A stretch of 63,803 bases of DNA from Octopus bimaculoides (taxonomy: Eukaryota). Location of the stretch: assembly GCF_001194135.2 (NCBI RefSeq), contig NC_068981.1, positions 176,373,833 through 176,437,635 of the forward strand. The letters run 5' to 3'. Positions 62,573 to 63,803 of the stretch are shown one piece after another. The stretch's first letter is position 1. Each line of letters opens with the position of its first letter. A program made the position numbers and the translations under genes. The notes under the pieces are model-generated. The model was not told the origin of the DNA, ran no database searches, and worked only from the letters and a program-made list of their open reading frames with translations.

Positions 62573-63803
62573 CTCCACTTGACAACCAGTTTGTGTTTAC
62601 ATCCCCGTTAACTTCACCATTCGGCAAAAGGGACTGATAGAATAAGTACCAGGCCTTAAAAGGAAGTACTGTGGTCAATTCATTCGACTAAAACAAATTG
62701 CTCGAGGTGGTGCCCCAGCATGGCCACAGCCTAATAACTGAAACAAGTAAAAGTTAAACGATAAAAGAAACTGGATAATATCTGCTAGAGAAAAGACAGG
62801 ATGGTCACAGCCAGATCGCTTCTGTTCATAGATCTGCTCAATCAGGATTGATTACAGGCATATCAATCCTGGGGTTAAAACGACAACACATCAACAACTG
62901 GGAACCTCACCATGGTCATTCAAGTTGCTAGAAATAGTAGCTATGTCATCCTCAAATAACACTGTACTGACCTAAAACGAAAATTACATGTGAAATATAA
63001 TCAATAGCATCATCATCACCATTTAACATCCATTTACCATGCTGGTATGGGTTGGACGGTTTGACAGGAGCTGGTGAGCCAGAGGTCCATGTCAAGTGCT
63101 ACTGTCTGCTTTGGTATGATTTCTATATTAGGATTCCCTTCTTAATGCCAACTGTTTTATGGACGATACTGGGTGCTTTATGAGTGGCACCAGCACAGAT
63201 GAAATCACTAGATAACTCACAAGACAAGACCCCTCTCAACTGAGCAGGGCATAGTATTGAGGAAGGTGGCATTGTGCCATGTTGTGAGAAGTTGAGAAGT
63301 TAATGAATAATCAAGAGACAGAAACAGGTGTGTTGCTGTGGAAGAGGTACATGGCTGTATGATACATTCTTTCATTTTGGGACACAACAGTGTAATTTGA
63401 GAGAGATTTGGCTGTTATTTCTAGCATATCTAGTAACCACACACAGACTCAACTGGTTTGGTAATGTGTAATTTTGTTATTATTATTATTGTTGTTGTTG
63501 TTACTGTTACCATTTCTGTTTGTGTTTCATCTGTGACTGCAGCGGCAACAGACATCTGCATATTTGTCTCGTGATTTTTAATCAGGAATATTATAGCATC
63601 AGCAGTGGTCAATTTAATTCATTAATTATGTGCAATGAAGAATGACTAACGAACAGGTTAGCAAAAGCTGTAGAAATTAATTAAAGAGGATTTCTAACAC
63701 AAACACAAGGTCACAAATTTTTGAGGAAAAAAAAATCACAAGTGATCAGGTAGACACTGCCATCACCACCACCACCACCACCATCACTACCACCGCCATC
63801 ACC

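Overview
This is an AT-rich, repeat-saturated eukaryotic window from a gapped short-read scaffold. The repeat families and (TA)n/(CA)n/(CAT)n/(TATG)n/(ATT)n density look like an octopus (coleoid cephalopod) genome; that is inferred from pattern recognition, with no database search. Almost every ORF in the supplied track is a microsatellite or N-gap artefact. Most of the window is filled by five recurring SINE-like families (my labels A, C, D, E for tRNA-like heads, B for an RTE-like tail), many nested or tandemly amplified. There are decayed DNA transposons (Tc1 DD34E, maT DD37D, several mariner pieces, TTAA-flanked piggyBac-like MITEs) and decayed non-LTR fragments (RTE, Tx1/L1, and an R4/Dong-type endonuclease end sitting inside a (TAA)n tract). 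Penelope-type repeats carry decayed hammerhead ribozyme cores. No complete host gene is visible. The best host candidates are two plus-strand exon-like segments: 17902-18072, which reads as a small secreted-peptide precursor ending RR-CCVEMGHCSVKALC-G-stop (alpha-conotoxin-like framework), and a GC-rich, splice-site-bounded 174-nt exon at 23006-23179. SINE boundaries are approximate (about +/-10 nt) unless a TSD or TIR is quoted.
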